Positions 29,149 to 39,262 of a DNA stretch of 64,000 nt are shown here, piece by piece (position 1 is the stretch's first letter; each line of letters starts with the position of its first letter). This stretch comes from Candidatus Dojkabacteria bacterium (lineage in GTDB: Bacteria; Patescibacteriota; Dojkabacteria; B142; WJKM01), in assembly GCA_014729085.1 (NCBI GenBank), contig WJKM01000011.1:234852-298851 (forward strand), in the 5' to 3' direction. The notes below the pieces were generated by a model, which did no database searches, had not been told where the DNA came from, and saw nothing but the letters and a program-made list of their open reading frames with translations. The position numbers were made by a program, and so were the translations under genes.

Positions 29149-29862
29149 GTGAGTGTCTACATTACTTTCTTATTTTTTGCAATGAAAATCCTATTGATGG
29201 AGGATGATAAATTTATTGCTACGTTTATCATGCGAAATCTCAAAGATAAAGGTTACGCTATAGACTGGACCGCTGATGGTAAAGAAGGCCTCGAATTAGC
29301 ACGTGTAAATAAAGGGAGTTATACTGTAATTGTTGTAGACATAATCCTTCCGGAAGTTAATGGTTTAAAAATTATTGAAATATTGAGAAAAGAAGAGGAT
29401 AAAACACCAATTCTAATATTATCAAGCCGCGACAAAACCGAACAAAAAGTTGAAGGTCTAAACATAGGGGGAGATGATTACTTGACGAAACCCTTCAAGA
29501 TTTCCGAACTTCTTGCAAGAATTAGAGCCCTTAGTAGACGTAATGAAGTAGAGACAGAAGAAGTTATATCTATTGAAGGACTAACGATCAACCCGAATGC
29601 ACATGAGGTAAGGAAAGAAGGTAATTTGGTTGAATTAACAAATCTCGAGTTCAGACTCTTGTACGTCCTTATGAAAAATAAAGGGCAGGCAGTAAGTAGA
29701 GCGGGTATTTTAGACCAAGTATGGGATAGACGCGGGGAGAAAATGTTGTCTAATTCAATCAGTGTTCATATTAAAAACTTAAGAAAGAAAGTCTTTACAG
29801 GAAAACAAAAAGATCTACTAAAAACTATAAGAGGTATTGGATATTCAATAAAACCTGAGTGA
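29149..29862 (+). CDS. OmpR-family two-component response regulator (receiver + winged-helix)
   Basis: Receiver MKILLMEDDKFIA...VVDIILPEVNGLKI..., C-terminal ...SVHIKNLRKKV...LKTIRGIGYSIKP. The probable true start is the Met at 29182. Confidence 0.8.
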   Translation: MSVYITFLFFAMKILLMEDDKFIATFIMRNLKDKGYAIDWTADGKEGLELARVNKGSYTVIVVDIILPEVNGLKIIEILRKEEDKTPILILSSRDKTEQKVEGLNIGGDDYLTKPFKISELLARIRALSRRNEVETEEVISIEGLTINPNAHEVRKEGNLVELTNLEFRLLYVLMKNKGQAVSRAGILDQVWDRRGEKMLSNSISVHIKNLRKKVFTGKQKDLLKTIRGIGYSIKPE

Positions 29863-29911
29863 ATACCTCTGAACATAAGTTGTTCTGTTTTCTATCTATT
29901 TGTAATCTCAA

Positions 29912-32900
29912 ATGTCTTCAGTTAAAAAAAAGCAGAATAAAGATACTTCAAAAAAAACAAATCTTTTGTTATGTAGTAAAGTTATATTTGATAGGCTTCC
30001 CGTTGGAATATTAATTTACAGCACAAAAACAAGAGAAGTTATTTACTTAAACAAACTACTAGAAAAACTATTATCAATAGAACTTCCAGATGTTAAAAGG
30101 AATATAACAAACGTTTTTAGTTCAATTTCAAATAAGAAAAAGAGAAATGAGGTAATTGATAAATTAAAGAAAAGTTGCAAAGTTAAGAACCAAGGAGATT
30201 TAGAGTCATTAAACTTTGAATATGAAATAATTTCCAATTCCTCGAAAAGGAAAATTAGGCAGATGTGTTTTAATTCCAAGGAAGAAGGGCTTATTTATAT
30301 GACTTTTTGGGATATTACCGAAGAAAAGGAGATTGAAGATCAAGTGCAAAAGTCGGAAAAGAAATATTTAGGTTTTCTCTCTAATCTTCCGGATAGCTGT
30401 TTTGTAATTGATGAAAACTTAAGATTGGACTTTATAAATAATGCAGCATGTAAGTTGTTGCAGATTGATCCCGAGGAATTTATAGGCAAGAAGTTAACCA
30501 AGATAATCCCAGATCGAAAACCTATAGCGATATACAAAGCCTTCAAGAGAGCCCTGCAAACAGGAGAGACAACACGAGTTGAAAGTCTGCTCATTCTCCC
30601 TGATGAAAAAGAAAGAGCTTTTGATATCTTAATATCCAAAGTAGAAGGCGGAATTATTGTATTAGCAAGAAATATTACGGACGAACATAAGACGAAATTA
30701 GCTTTGGAAGAAAGCAAACAAAAATTTTTTGAATTATTTGAAAATATGAGCAGTGGTGTGGCTATTTACGATCCCGTAGACGGAGGAGAAGATTTTATTT
30801 TCACTGATTTCAATAAAGCAGGTGAGTGGATAGAGGGGCTTTCTAGAGATGATTTAATTGGTACAAGAGTATCAAAGGTTTTTCCTGGTATTAAGGAATT
30901 TGGTTTATTAGATGTTTTAAGAGACGTTTATAAGACTGGAGAACCTAAACATCATCCAGTAAAATTTTATAAGGATGGCAGAATACAGGGATGGCGAAGG
31001 AATTATGTTTTTAAAATTTCTTCAGGACAAATAATTGCAATTTATGATGACATAACTGAATTGAAAAGAGCAGAGGAAGAAAAAAATCAGTTAATAAGTC
31101 AACAGAATATCTTGCTTGAAAATATTTCCGAGGGTGTTTTTTTAAAAGATACTAAGGGTAAGTTTGTGGCCGTTAACCAAGCTTATATAGATTTAATGCC
31201 CTATATCAATAAAGATCCTGCAGGAAAAGGATTATTTGAAGTTTTTCCTAAAAATATCGCAAAAAAATATAACAAACTTGAAAAGAGAGTATTAAAGGAA
31301 GGTAACAAAATTATTGCAGAGGGAGTATTAGAGCATAAGGATGGGAGGCAAATTGACATAATTTCTTCCTTAGTACCTGTTACAAATTCAAAAGGTGAAA
31401 ATACAGGTATTGTGGGAACGCTTTTTGATATGACTAAACAAAAAGAGGCGGAGAAAATTATTAAAGAATCAGAACAAAGGTTTAGAGTTTTATACGAAAA
31501 TGCTCCTATCGCTTACCAATCTTTAGATGACAAGGGCAGAATATTAGAAGTCAATAAGGCCTGGCTTACAATGCTTGGATATCAAAAGAAAGACGAGGTT
31601 ATAGGAAAAAGTTTTACTGAATTTCTTACTAAAAAGTATAGAAGTAAATTTAAAGGTAAATTTAATGATTTTAAGAAGATAAAAGAGATTCACAATGTGG
31701 AGTTTGAGATTAAGAAAAAAAGTGGGGAGAAAATCATCGCAAGTTTTGAAGGAAAGGCAAGTTACGATGAGAATGGAAAATTTGTAAGGTCTTTTTGTAC
31801 AGCGTACGATATTACAAAAAGAAAAAGAGCGGAAAGGGATTTAAAAGCCAGTCGAAAGAGATATAAGGCAATCATAGAGGACCAATCAGAACTTATCTGC
31901 AGGTTTAAACCTGATGGTGAAATAACTTTTGCAAATGAAGCCTTTTTGAAATTTTTTGCAAAAGATGGCCAGATAATAATAGGTTCAGATATTAAAGCTA
32001 CCGTATTTAAAGAGGACAGACAAAAGGTTAGGGGGAGGTTTAGCTTATTAAATAAAAATAAGCAGCTAAATAAAGGTCTAAACAGGAATGTTGACAAGAA
32101 CGGCAAGATGCGCTGGATAAGCTGGACTAACCGGGCAATATTTGACGAAACAGGCAAATTAGCAGAAATACAGTCCACAGGTAGAGATATTACTGAGGAA
32201 AGGGAGATGAATCTGGCGTTACGTGAATCTGAGAATAAGTATAGATCTTTGGTTGAGAATTTGAAGCAGGGGATTTTACTTTATAGTCAGGAAGGCGTAA
32301 TCTTTCTAAATTCTGCACTTGCAGAGATTGTTGGTATACCGGAATCAGAAAAAATTGAACCTCAGTTTTCTTTAGAAGAGATTTGGGAATATATTCATCC
32401 TGACGATCGAGAGCAGATTAGAGATAATGCTCTAAATAGATTCAAGGGTAAGAAAGTGACACCGAATTATGAGATGAGAATAATAAGAACAGATGGGGAG
32501 ATAAGGTGGGTAGAAGGATATTCAACAGTTATTGAATATTCTGGAAAACCTGCAATACAAACTGCATTATGGGATATAACTAATCAGAAAAAAGCCAGGG
32601 AGGAGCTCGAAAAAGCAAAACAATTAGCTGAGTCTTCTTCAAAAGCAAAAGAAGAATTTTTAGCAAACATGAGTCATGAGATCAGAACACCTTTAAATAC
32701 GGTAACTGGTATGTCCGAAGTATTACTTCAAACTGAACTTTCTAATGAACAAAAAGATTTTGTTGAGGCCATTAAACTCTCTTCTGATAATTTGCTTATG
32801 ATCATTAATGATATATTAGATATTTCTAAAATTGAAGCAGGGCAGATGGTTTTTTCTGATAATGTTTTTAATATTAGAAAGCTATTAGACAATACATTAA

Positions 32901-33766
32901 AAACCCAGATGTATAAAGCACAAGAAAAAAACCTGAAAGTTGGAATAATAGTTGATTCCAAAATTCCGAAAAAGCTTTTGGGTGATGAGGTTAGACTCAA
33001 TCAAATACTTTTGAATTTACTAAATAATGCAATTAAATTTACTTACAAGGGTAAAGTGACATTGCAAGTGGATTTAATAAGAAGCAAGGAAACGGAAGTG
33101 GAATTGCTATTTAAGGTTAAAGACACTGGGGTGGGCATTCCGCAAAGCAAACAGAGATATATATTCGATAGTTTTACTCAGGTTAAAAATCAAAAAGATA
33201 AAAAGACTGAAGGAACTGGACTAGGCCTTGCGATAGTCAAAAGATTGGTTGAAATGCAGGGCGGAGATGTAGAAGTAAAGAGTAAGGTGGGGAAAGGTTC
33301 AACGTTTAGTTTCAATATGAAGTTTAGAAAAATTTCAAAGAAAGAACAAAGAAAAAAAGATACCAACAAAGTCGAAAAGAAAGATAGCCTGAAAAAGAAA
33401 AAGATTCTGGTTGTAGAGGATAATGTTATGAACCAGGTTATTGTCGGGAGACTGCTAGAACAATGGGGAGCTGAAGTTGAGAAAGCAGGTGATGGCAAGG
33501 AAGCCTTGGATTATATGAAGAAAAGGAAGTTTGATCTTGTTCTTATGGATTTAAATATGCCAGGTATGGGGGGGTATGAGGCAACGGAAAGAATCCGAGA
33601 TAGTAAGGATGAAAATACTGCGCAAGTGCCGATTATTGCAATGACAGCCCATGCCTTTCTTCAGGTGAAGGAAAAAGTTCTAAGTTCCGGCATGGATGAT
33701 TATATTACTAAACCTTTTAAGAGTTCGGAACTCTATTCGAAAATAATTAATTTAATTGAGACGTAA
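29912..33766 (+). CDS. Hybrid sensor histidine kinase with multiple PAS domains and a C-terminal receiver
   Basis: 1284 aa with several PAS-like blocks. H box MSHEIRTPLN, N/G boxes LLNNAIKFT and GTGLGLAIVKRLVEMQGG. C-terminal receiver KKILVVEDNVMNQVIVGRLLE...FDLVLMDLNMPGMGGYEA. Confidence 0.85.
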   Translation: MSSVKKKQNKDTSKKTNLLLCSKVIFDRLPVGILIYSTKTREVIYLNKLLEKLLSIELPDVKRNITNVFSSISNKKKRNEVIDKLKKSCKVKNQGDLESLNFEYEIISNSSKRKIRQMCFNSKEEGLIYMTFWDITEEKEIEDQVQKSEKKYLGFLSNLPDSCFVIDENLRLDFINNAACKLLQIDPEEFIGKKLTKIIPDRKPIAIYKAFKRALQTGETTRVESLLILPDEKERAFDILISKVEGGIIVLARNITDEHKTKLALEESKQKFFELFENMSSGVAIYDPVDGGEDFIFTDFNKAGEWIEGLSRDDLIGTRVSKVFPGIKEFGLLDVLRDVYKTGEPKHHPVKFYKDGRIQGWRRNYVFKISSGQIIAIYDDITELKRAEEEKNQLISQQNILLENISEGVFLKDTKGKFVAVNQAYIDLMPYINKDPAGKGLFEVFPKNIAKKYNKLEKRVLKEGNKIIAEGVLEHKDGRQIDIISSLVPVTNSKGENTGIVGTLFDMTKQKEAEKIIKESEQRFRVLYENAPIAYQSLDDKGRILEVNKAWLTMLGYQKKDEVIGKSFTEFLTKKYRSKFKGKFNDFKKIKEIHNVEFEIKKKSGEKIIASFEGKASYDENGKFVRSFCTAYDITKRKRAERDLKASRKRYKAIIEDQSELICRFKPDGEITFANEAFLKFFAKDGQIIIGSDIKATVFKEDRQKVRGRFSLLNKNKQLNKGLNRNVDKNGKMRWISWTNRAIFDETGKLAEIQSTGRDITEEREMNLALRESENKYRSLVENLKQGILLYSQEGVIFLNSALAEIVGIPESEKIEPQFSLEEIWEYIHPDDREQIRDNALNRFKGKKVTPNYEMRIIRTDGEIRWVEGYSTVIEYSGKPAIQTALWDITNQKKAREELEKAKQLAESSSKAKEEFLANMSHEIRTPLNTVTGMSEVLLQTELSNEQKDFVEAIKLSSDNLLMIINDILDISKIEAGQMVFSDNVFNIRKLLDNTLKTQMYKAQEKNLKVGIIVDSKIPKKLLGDEVRLNQILLNLLNNAIKFTYKGKVTLQVDLIRSKETEVELLFKVKDTGVGIPQSKQRYIFDSFTQVKNQKDKKTEGTGLGLAIVKRLVEMQGGDVEVKSKVGKGSTFSFNMKFRKISKKEQRKKDTNKVEKKDSLKKKKILVVEDNVMNQVIVGRLLEQWGAEVEKAGDGKEALDYMKKRKFDLVLMDLNMPGMGGYEATERIRDSKDENTAQVPIIAMTAHAFLQVKEKVLSSGMDDYITKPFKSSELYSKIINLIET

Positions 33767-33769
33767 AAA

Positions 33770-34114
33770 ATGTATCAACATTTTGATCTCAACAAAATCT
33801 ATGAATATTTCGGAAAGGATAAAGCTATAATTCAAGAATTGATTGAAAAATTTAAAGAGGAGATAACCGAAGGAATAAAGGGGATAGAAATTTTTTTACA
33901 GAATGAGGAGTATGAGGGCATTGCAGATATTAGTCATAGAATTAAATCCTCGTTGCAGTATTTTGGAGCAGAAGAATTGCATGACTTAATTATAAATGTA
34001 GAGAAGATAGCAAAGTCCCAAAATGGTATAAAGCAGATACCCGTTCTTATTGAGAAATTTAATAAAATATATCAGGAATTGGAAAAAGAACTTATTGAAT
34101 ACAAAAATAGTTAA
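33770..34114 (+). CDS. Hpt (histidine phosphotransfer) domain protein
   Basis: 114 aa. DISHRIKSSLQYFGAEEL matches the HPt phospho-His helix. It starts 4 nt after the hybrid kinase stop. Confidence 0.6.
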   Translation: MYQHFDLNKIYEYFGKDKAIIQELIEKFKEEITEGIKGIEIFLQNEEYEGIADISHRIKSSLQYFGAEELHDLIINVEKIAKSQNGIKQIPVLIEKFNKIYQELEKELIEYKNS

Positions 34115-34189
34115 TACTATGTTTTGAGTTTACAATCTTCTGTAAACAGATTATGAGCAGTAATTTTCATTGATTTGTAGATATGGGAA

Positions 34190-34606
34190 CTACCTGGACT
34201 CCAGGATTAAAAACTCTTGTTCCCCGAAAGGCGTAGTGACTTTAATTTTCTCTCCCTTTTGTTTTCCATCTAGAGCTTGAGCCAGGGGAGAATTCATAGA
34301 TATATATCCTTTACCTGGATTTGTAAGTGAAGGTAAAACAATTGTAAACTCTTTTTTTCTACCTTTATGCTTTAATGTAAAGGATTTTTGTTGGAAATCC
34401 GATTCATCAAGTTGGGCTAAATTTTCTTGCAAACTATCAATCTTTTTGGTGAGTAGCTCTTTTTTATCTTCTAGATGTTGTAGTATAACTCTATCTTCGG
34501 AATTATTTTCCAGTCTTTCTTGTTCAATCAGTTTAATAATTTCAGAAATTTTTTCTTTCAAATATTTGATTTTAGACAGTATTTTCTCTTTGCTTTGTTT
34601 ATCCAT
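34190..34606 (-). CDS. greA: Transcription elongation factor GreA-like
   Basis: N-terminal coiled coil. C-terminal FKBP-like domain ISMNSPLAQALDGKQKGEKIKVTTPFGEQEFLILE (cf. GreA SPIGRALLGK..GD.V.V..P.G...YEIL.I). Confidence 0.65.
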   Translation of the reverse strand: MDKQSKEKILSKIKYLKEKISEIIKLIEQERLENNSEDRVILQHLEDKKELLTKKIDSLQENLAQLDESDFQQKSFTLKHKGRKKEFTIVLPSLTNPGKGYISMNSPLAQALDGKQKGEKIKVTTPFGEQEFLILESR

Positions 34607-34762
34607 GATAATTTTGAATAAAAACTAAAAGGAAAAAGTCCTTGATTTGTTATAGTATAACTAACTAAATATGAAGAGAAAGTGAAGTTAAATAAATAGT
34701 AGATTTATATGTTCCCTTGTATCTGAGATAATTACGCAATTATTTAATAAAAGTATATTCTT

Positions 34763-36034
34763 TTGATGATTAATAAATCTTCGGTCCAGACAGTAGACCA
34801 ATCTAACCTGAATAAAGTTTTCAAAAAACCACTCTATAACTCTTATTCTTTTAACAATATTACCGGTTCAATTCTTAAAATTTTTGGGAAAGCAGAAGAA
34901 ACAGGTTTACCAAGCGATGTATTTGAAGGATTCGATAAAAAATATAAAAAAGTTGTATTCATTTTAATTGACGCTTTTGGATGGAATATGTTTGAGAGAA
35001 ATTTTGAGAGAATAAAATCCCTAAAAAATATAGCTGTGATTTCACGAATTTCAAAATTGACTTCTCAGTTTCCCTCGACGACTTCTGCACAGATTACGAC
35101 TCTGAATACAGGTTTATCAGTGGGTGAAAGCGGAATTTACGAGTGGAGACAATATTCTCCTAAACTCGATCGTATTATTCTTCCGCTGAAATATTGTTAT
35201 TTGGGAGATAAGGAAAAATACACAATTCTAGAAGATGGCATTGATCCAGAAGATATTTTTCCTAGAAGTAATTTTTATAAGAAATTAAAAGATTCTGGAG
35301 TTATACCCTTTACTTTAAACTATTCTGGGTATGCAGATTCTCCATTTAATCAAGTAGTTAATAAAGATACTGAAAATCTAAGATATAACACTTATTCTGA
35401 AGCTTTAGTAAAGATTAGGGATTTAATTAAGACTATAAAGGTCAATTCATTTATTTACCTATATCTTGCAAATGTTGACTCGCTTGTCCATATGTATGGT
35501 CCTGATACATCTTATGTAGACGCTGAGATTGAATCATATTTCACTCTACTTGAAAATTTGCTTTTATCTAAATTGAACAACGAAAGAAGGGAAACGTTAT
35601 TTATTATAACTTCAGATCATGGTCAGGTAGCAACTAATCCTGAAACTACAATTTATTTAAATCAGAAAATACCGGGTATAGAGGAATATATTGAACGAAA
35701 TAATAGAGGAGAAATACTGATTCCTGCAGGGTCTCCAAGAGATTTCTTTTTACATATTAAGAAAAGCAGAGTAGAGGAAGCCGTAAGAATGCTCTCTGAC
35801 GAATTATTTGGTAAAGCCGAGGTGTACAAAACAAGTGAATTAATAAAGAAAGGATTATTTGGACCGGTTAATAAAGAATTCAAAAATATAGTTGGGAATG
35901 TTGTAATCTTGCCTTATGTTGGTGAAACAGTGTGGTGGTATGAGCAAGATAAGTTTGAAGTCGATAAACTGGGAGGCCATGGAGGACTTACAAAACAAGA
36001 AATGGAGATACCTTTTATTCTTTTTGAGTTATAG
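34763..36034 (+). CDS. Alkaline-phosphatase-superfamily protein (type I phosphodiesterase / nucleotide pyrophosphatase-like)
   Basis: VVFILIDAFGWNMF (metal-binding Asp), TTLNTGLSVGESGIY, ITSDHGQV motifs typical of the AP/NPP fold. Confidence 0.5.
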   Translation: MMINKSSVQTVDQSNLNKVFKKPLYNSYSFNNITGSILKIFGKAEETGLPSDVFEGFDKKYKKVVFILIDAFGWNMFERNFERIKSLKNIAVISRISKLTSQFPSTTSAQITTLNTGLSVGESGIYEWRQYSPKLDRIILPLKYCYLGDKEKYTILEDGIDPEDIFPRSNFYKKLKDSGVIPFTLNYSGYADSPFNQVVNKDTENLRYNTYSEALVKIRDLIKTIKVNSFIYLYLANVDSLVHMYGPDTSYVDAEIESYFTLLENLLLSKLNNERRETLFIITSDHGQVATNPETTIYLNQKIPGIEEYIERNNRGEILIPAGSPRDFFLHIKKSRVEEAVRMLSDELFGKAEVYKTSELIKKGLFGPVNKEFKNIVGNVVILPYVGETVWWYEQDKFEVDKLGGHGGLTKQEMEIPFILFEL

Positions 36035-36065
36035 TTTATGTTTACTTAAAAAATACTAACTGCTT

Positions 36066-36644
36066 ATGATGGTGAAACTGGGCAAAGATTTCTACCAAGA
36101 ATCAGCCATAGAGCTTGCTCCAAAATTTCTGGGCAAGAAATTGGTGCATGAAACTGAAAAAGGAAGAATTTCTGGGATAATTAATGAAGTGGAAGCTTAT
36201 CCCGCTCATGTGGACGAAGTCTCCCATGGAAATCAGAGAACAAAGAGGACTGAAGTATTATACAAATCAGGAGGATATGCCTATGTTTACTTGATCTATG
36301 GTGTCCACCACCAATTTGCAGTTGTTGTCAATAAGAAGGAAGTTCCAGAGGTAGTATTTGTAAGGAGCGTGATTCCAAAAGAAGGAATAGATTTAATGAA
36401 AGAAAATTTTGCAAGGGAAGTGAGAAATATAAGAAGATTAACTGGATCTCCAGGTAATCTATGCAAATCTTTTAGTATCAATAAAGAACATTATGGTCTT
36501 GATTTGACAACAGATGAGATTTTTATTGAAAACACCGATATTAAAATTTCTCCTGATCGAATTGTTTCAACAGAACGTATAGGTATCAGTAGCAAATTAA
36601 AAGGTAGTACTAATAAATTTAGGTTTAAGATTGATAGGATCTGA
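36066..36644 (+). CDS. DNA-3-methyladenine glycosylase (Mpg/AAG family)
   Basis: FYQESAIELAPKFLGKKL...GRISGIINEVEAYPAHVDEVSHGNQRTKRTEVLYKSGGYAYVYLIYGVHHQFAVVV matches the AAG/Mpg family consensus closely. Confidence 0.75.
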   Translation: MMVKLGKDFYQESAIELAPKFLGKKLVHETEKGRISGIINEVEAYPAHVDEVSHGNQRTKRTEVLYKSGGYAYVYLIYGVHHQFAVVVNKKEVPEVVFVRSVIPKEGIDLMKENFAREVRNIRRLTGSPGNLCKSFSINKEHYGLDLTTDEIFIENTDIKISPDRIVSTERIGISSKLKGSTNKFRFKIDRI

Positions 36645-37266
36645 GAATATTTTGCAGAGGGCTTATGTCGATATGACTTTTACTAATTTCACTATCCTCT
36701 GTTTGTTTATATTTTTGAATAAACTCTTTTAAGTTTTGTATGAACCTTTTCCTTGAATACTTAAAAACTAGATTGTTGAATACAAACTCTATTCTTTTTT
36801 CAAGTTCGTTTCCATAGTGGATAATTGCTTTTTCGGGAAACTTGCCTGCTTTAAAAGCAAGCTTGATATATTCCCATCTTGTAATGTTTATATATTCGAT
36901 TTTGTCAGCATCGCATAAAACCTTGCTTTCGATTGAACTTAGTTCCTCCTTTGAGGCTGGACCGTCTATCTCGTCGATTACTTTAAGAACTTCATTAGAT
37001 TTAGAGTTGGGATATCCGTATTCTTGAAGCACTTTTATCAGTTTCTTATTCTTGTGGTTTTTGCGGTCTACATCATGCCACCATGCAGCAATGGTAATCA
37101 ATTCCTTGTCTACTTTTTTTGAAAGATTTTCGTTTAGAATTATTTTTAGACAGTTTTCCCAGACTTTGTAATGATGGGTTAGGTCATGGCCTAAGTCGAA
37201 AGGATTGTCCAGAAGTATTTTTTGAGCTTTGTGGATTATCTCGAACACAATAGTATCTATCTGCAT
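36625..37266 (-). CDS. HD-domain phosphohydrolase
   Basis: LGHDLTHHYKV (H...HD) and IAAWWHDVDR (second His/Asp pair). Confidence 0.55.
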   Translation of the reverse strand: MQIDTIVFEIIHKAQKILLDNPFDLGHDLTHHYKVWENCLKIILNENLSKKVDKELITIAAWWHDVDRKNHKNKKLIKVLQEYGYPNSKSNEVLKVIDEIDGPASKEELSSIESKVLCDADKIEYINITRWEYIKLAFKAGKFPEKAIIHYGNELEKRIEFVFNNLVFKYSRKRFIQNLKEFIQKYKQTEDSEISKSHIDISPLQNILRSYQS

Positions 37267-37297
37267 AAAAGATTTTGTTTTTTTGAGTTAAAATAAT

Positions 37298-37939
37298 TTA
37301 TTTTGTTTGTTTTTCATAAAGCCCGATTAATTCAGCTTCGTCTAACACGTGTCCGTCCATAGCTTCTATTAGATCATCCTTTGTAGCATTTGTATCAAGA
37401 CCTAATTTTGTATCTAAAGCATAGAGTTTGAAGAAGTATCTGTGTTCTCCAATTGGCGGACATGGTCCTCCGTAATCCAGTTCATCAAAATTATTCGTTC
37501 CTTGGGTTCCTCCGTTCGGGATGGTGTTTTCTCCAACTTCGGTTGTTTTTGGGTCTATATTAAATACCACCCAATGCACCCAGGTCATTTTTGGGGCGTC
37601 TGGGTCTGGAGCATCTGGGTCGTCTACAATTAGAGCTAAGGTTTGAGCATTTTCAGGTACTTCAGAAAAAGTCAAAGGAGGGCTAATATTTTCCCCTTCG
37701 CAGGTGTACTTGGAAGGTATATTTTCGTTGTGGTTAAATTCAGGGCTTTTAATCTGCATAGTGATTTTTGGTGTAATAGATAAAGTAGATTCCTTGATTG
37801 GCTCTTTATTGTGTTCATTTCCTACAGGGGTTGGTTCTGGATCCCGGCTTTGGTCAGGAGAAGCTATGGCTAGAAAATAAAAGGCTATTGAGGCAAAGAT
37901 AATTATAAGTACTATTAAAACTGAGGCTGTATTTTTCAT
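37298..37939 (-). CDS. YbhB/YbcL (PEBP/RKIP) family protein with N-terminal signal/TM
   Basis: DPDAPDPDAPKMTWVHWVVFNI...GPCPPIGEHRYFFKLYALD is the bacterial PEBP signature. Confidence 0.7.
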   Translation of the reverse strand: MKNTASVLIVLIIIFASIAFYFLAIASPDQSRDPEPTPVGNEHNKEPIKESTLSITPKITMQIKSPEFNHNENIPSKYTCEGENISPPLTFSEVPENAQTLALIVDDPDAPDPDAPKMTWVHWVVFNIDPKTTEVGENTIPNGGTQGTNNFDELDYGGPCPPIGEHRYFFKLYALDTKLGLDTNATKDDLIEAMDGHVLDEAELIGLYEKQTK

Positions 37940-37997
37940 AATACTTTTCTTAAATTTTATCTTCTGAGTAGATAGTTACATTTTAGCATTAAAGATT

Positions 37998-38570
37998 ATG
38001 TTACAAAACAATTTCTATCTGGAAAGAAGCGGGATTTTCTCCCTTTTTTTAAAAGTATATACTATCTCAGGAATAGTTAAGAAGATTTGTCAATACTTAA
38101 TTATAAATTTTACAACTAGTTTTATGCTTCTTCCTACTCATTTTTGGATAAGTACATTAGCTGCGAGTCAACTAGACCTTACAGGTTCTGATTTAATACT
38201 TGCTTACGTTTTTGGAACTTTTATTGATGTTGATCATTTATTCCCTTTTTTAAAAGAATATACAAAAGAAAAAGCGCAGTTTTCCGACTTATTTGATACA
38301 GAAAAGAGTTTTCATACTTTTGTTCATGAGCCGCTAGGTGTAATACCAACAGCAATTTTTTCCTGGCTTTTAAACTCCTATATACCAATTTTATTTTGGT
38401 TTGTTCATATATTCACAGACCATATAATACTAAAATCGAAAAAGCGTCCTTTTTATCCCTTTTCAAAGAAATTTTATAAGTACGGTATTTTTCCTCAAGG
38501 TACAAAAATAGAGTGGATTATTAGTTCTCTTTTAAGTTTTGCAGGAATAATCTGGCTGATACTTTTTTAA
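37998..38570 (+). CDS. Membrane protein, possibly a DUF457/YdjM-like metal-dependent hydrolase
   Basis: Several TM helices. HF..S.L pattern and FIDVDHLFP. Confidence 0.35.
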   Translation: MLQNNFYLERSGIFSLFLKVYTISGIVKKICQYLIINFTTSFMLLPTHFWISTLAASQLDLTGSDLILAYVFGTFIDVDHLFPFLKEYTKEKAQFSDLFDTEKSFHTFVHEPLGVIPTAIFSWLLNSYIPILFWFVHIFTDHIILKSKKRPFYPFSKKFYKYGIFPQGTKIEWIISSLLSFAGIIWLILF

Positions 38571-38654
38571 TTTTGATCTCTTATAGTAAATTGTTTTGAG
38601 ATTTTGAATATCAATGATATAATCCACTATATTTACTTCTAAATGTATTAAATT

Positions 38655-38987
38655 ATGGAACAACCAGTGTTTTTGCAGGCAATTGCGCCTTCTGGCCAAG
38701 GTCAAGAAGCTAAAGATCAGATAATACGTAGATTAAGCGGATTTGGAATTGATTTCGATCTTACTGTAAGCCGGAGCAAAGAAGAGGGGCAGGTTGACCG
38801 TGTATATGGTATGGGAGTGGGCAATAGGCAAGGAGCGGAGATAGAGGCTACCAGGCAATTAAATGAAGAGGAATGGTTACCAGCTACGGAAGTATTGGCT
38901 GCATGGACTCCTAAACCTAAAGTTGCTATGCACCCAATAGGATTCATGGATTTACCTGCATTTACTTTACATGTGGAAAGAGAATAA
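38655..38987 (+). CDS. Hypothetical protein (GC-richer small ORF)
   Basis: 110-aa ORF with coding-like composition and no recognisable motif. Confidence 0.3.
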   Translation: MEQPVFLQAIAPSGQGQEAKDQIIRRLSGFGIDFDLTVSRSKEEGQVDRVYGMGVGNRQGAEIEATRQLNEEEWLPATEVLAAWTPKPKVAMHPIGFMDLPAFTLHVERE

Positions 38988-39004
38988 AATTCAACTCTAT
39001 TTAT

Positions 39005-39244
39005 ATGGAAGCCGAGGCGAGAAATATAGTTTACCCTTCAATCGTAATGGGAGAATCCTCTGATTCGTGGCCTGTTGCGGCTATTAGAATGGCAATGGAG
39101 CTAAGATGTGGAGAATGTGGTTTATCCCGTGAATGTAGACCTAAGGTAGTTGATGAAAAAGGTCCTCGAGGGCCCGGTATGCAAGGGGGATGTGTTCATT
39201 TACAAGCATGCCGTATTGCAAATTGTGGGCAAATGGTTGTTTAA
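39005..39244 (+). CDS. Hypothetical Cys-rich small protein
   Basis: 79 aa with 7 Cys in the C-terminal 45 residues (CGECGLSRECRPK...GGCVHLQACRIANCGQ). Confidence 0.3.
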   Translation: MEAEARNIVYPSIVMGESSDSWPVAAIRMAMELRCGECGLSRECRPKVVDEKGPRGPGMQGGCVHLQACRIANCGQMVV

Positions 39245-39262
39245 GATATAAAACTTCTGTTT

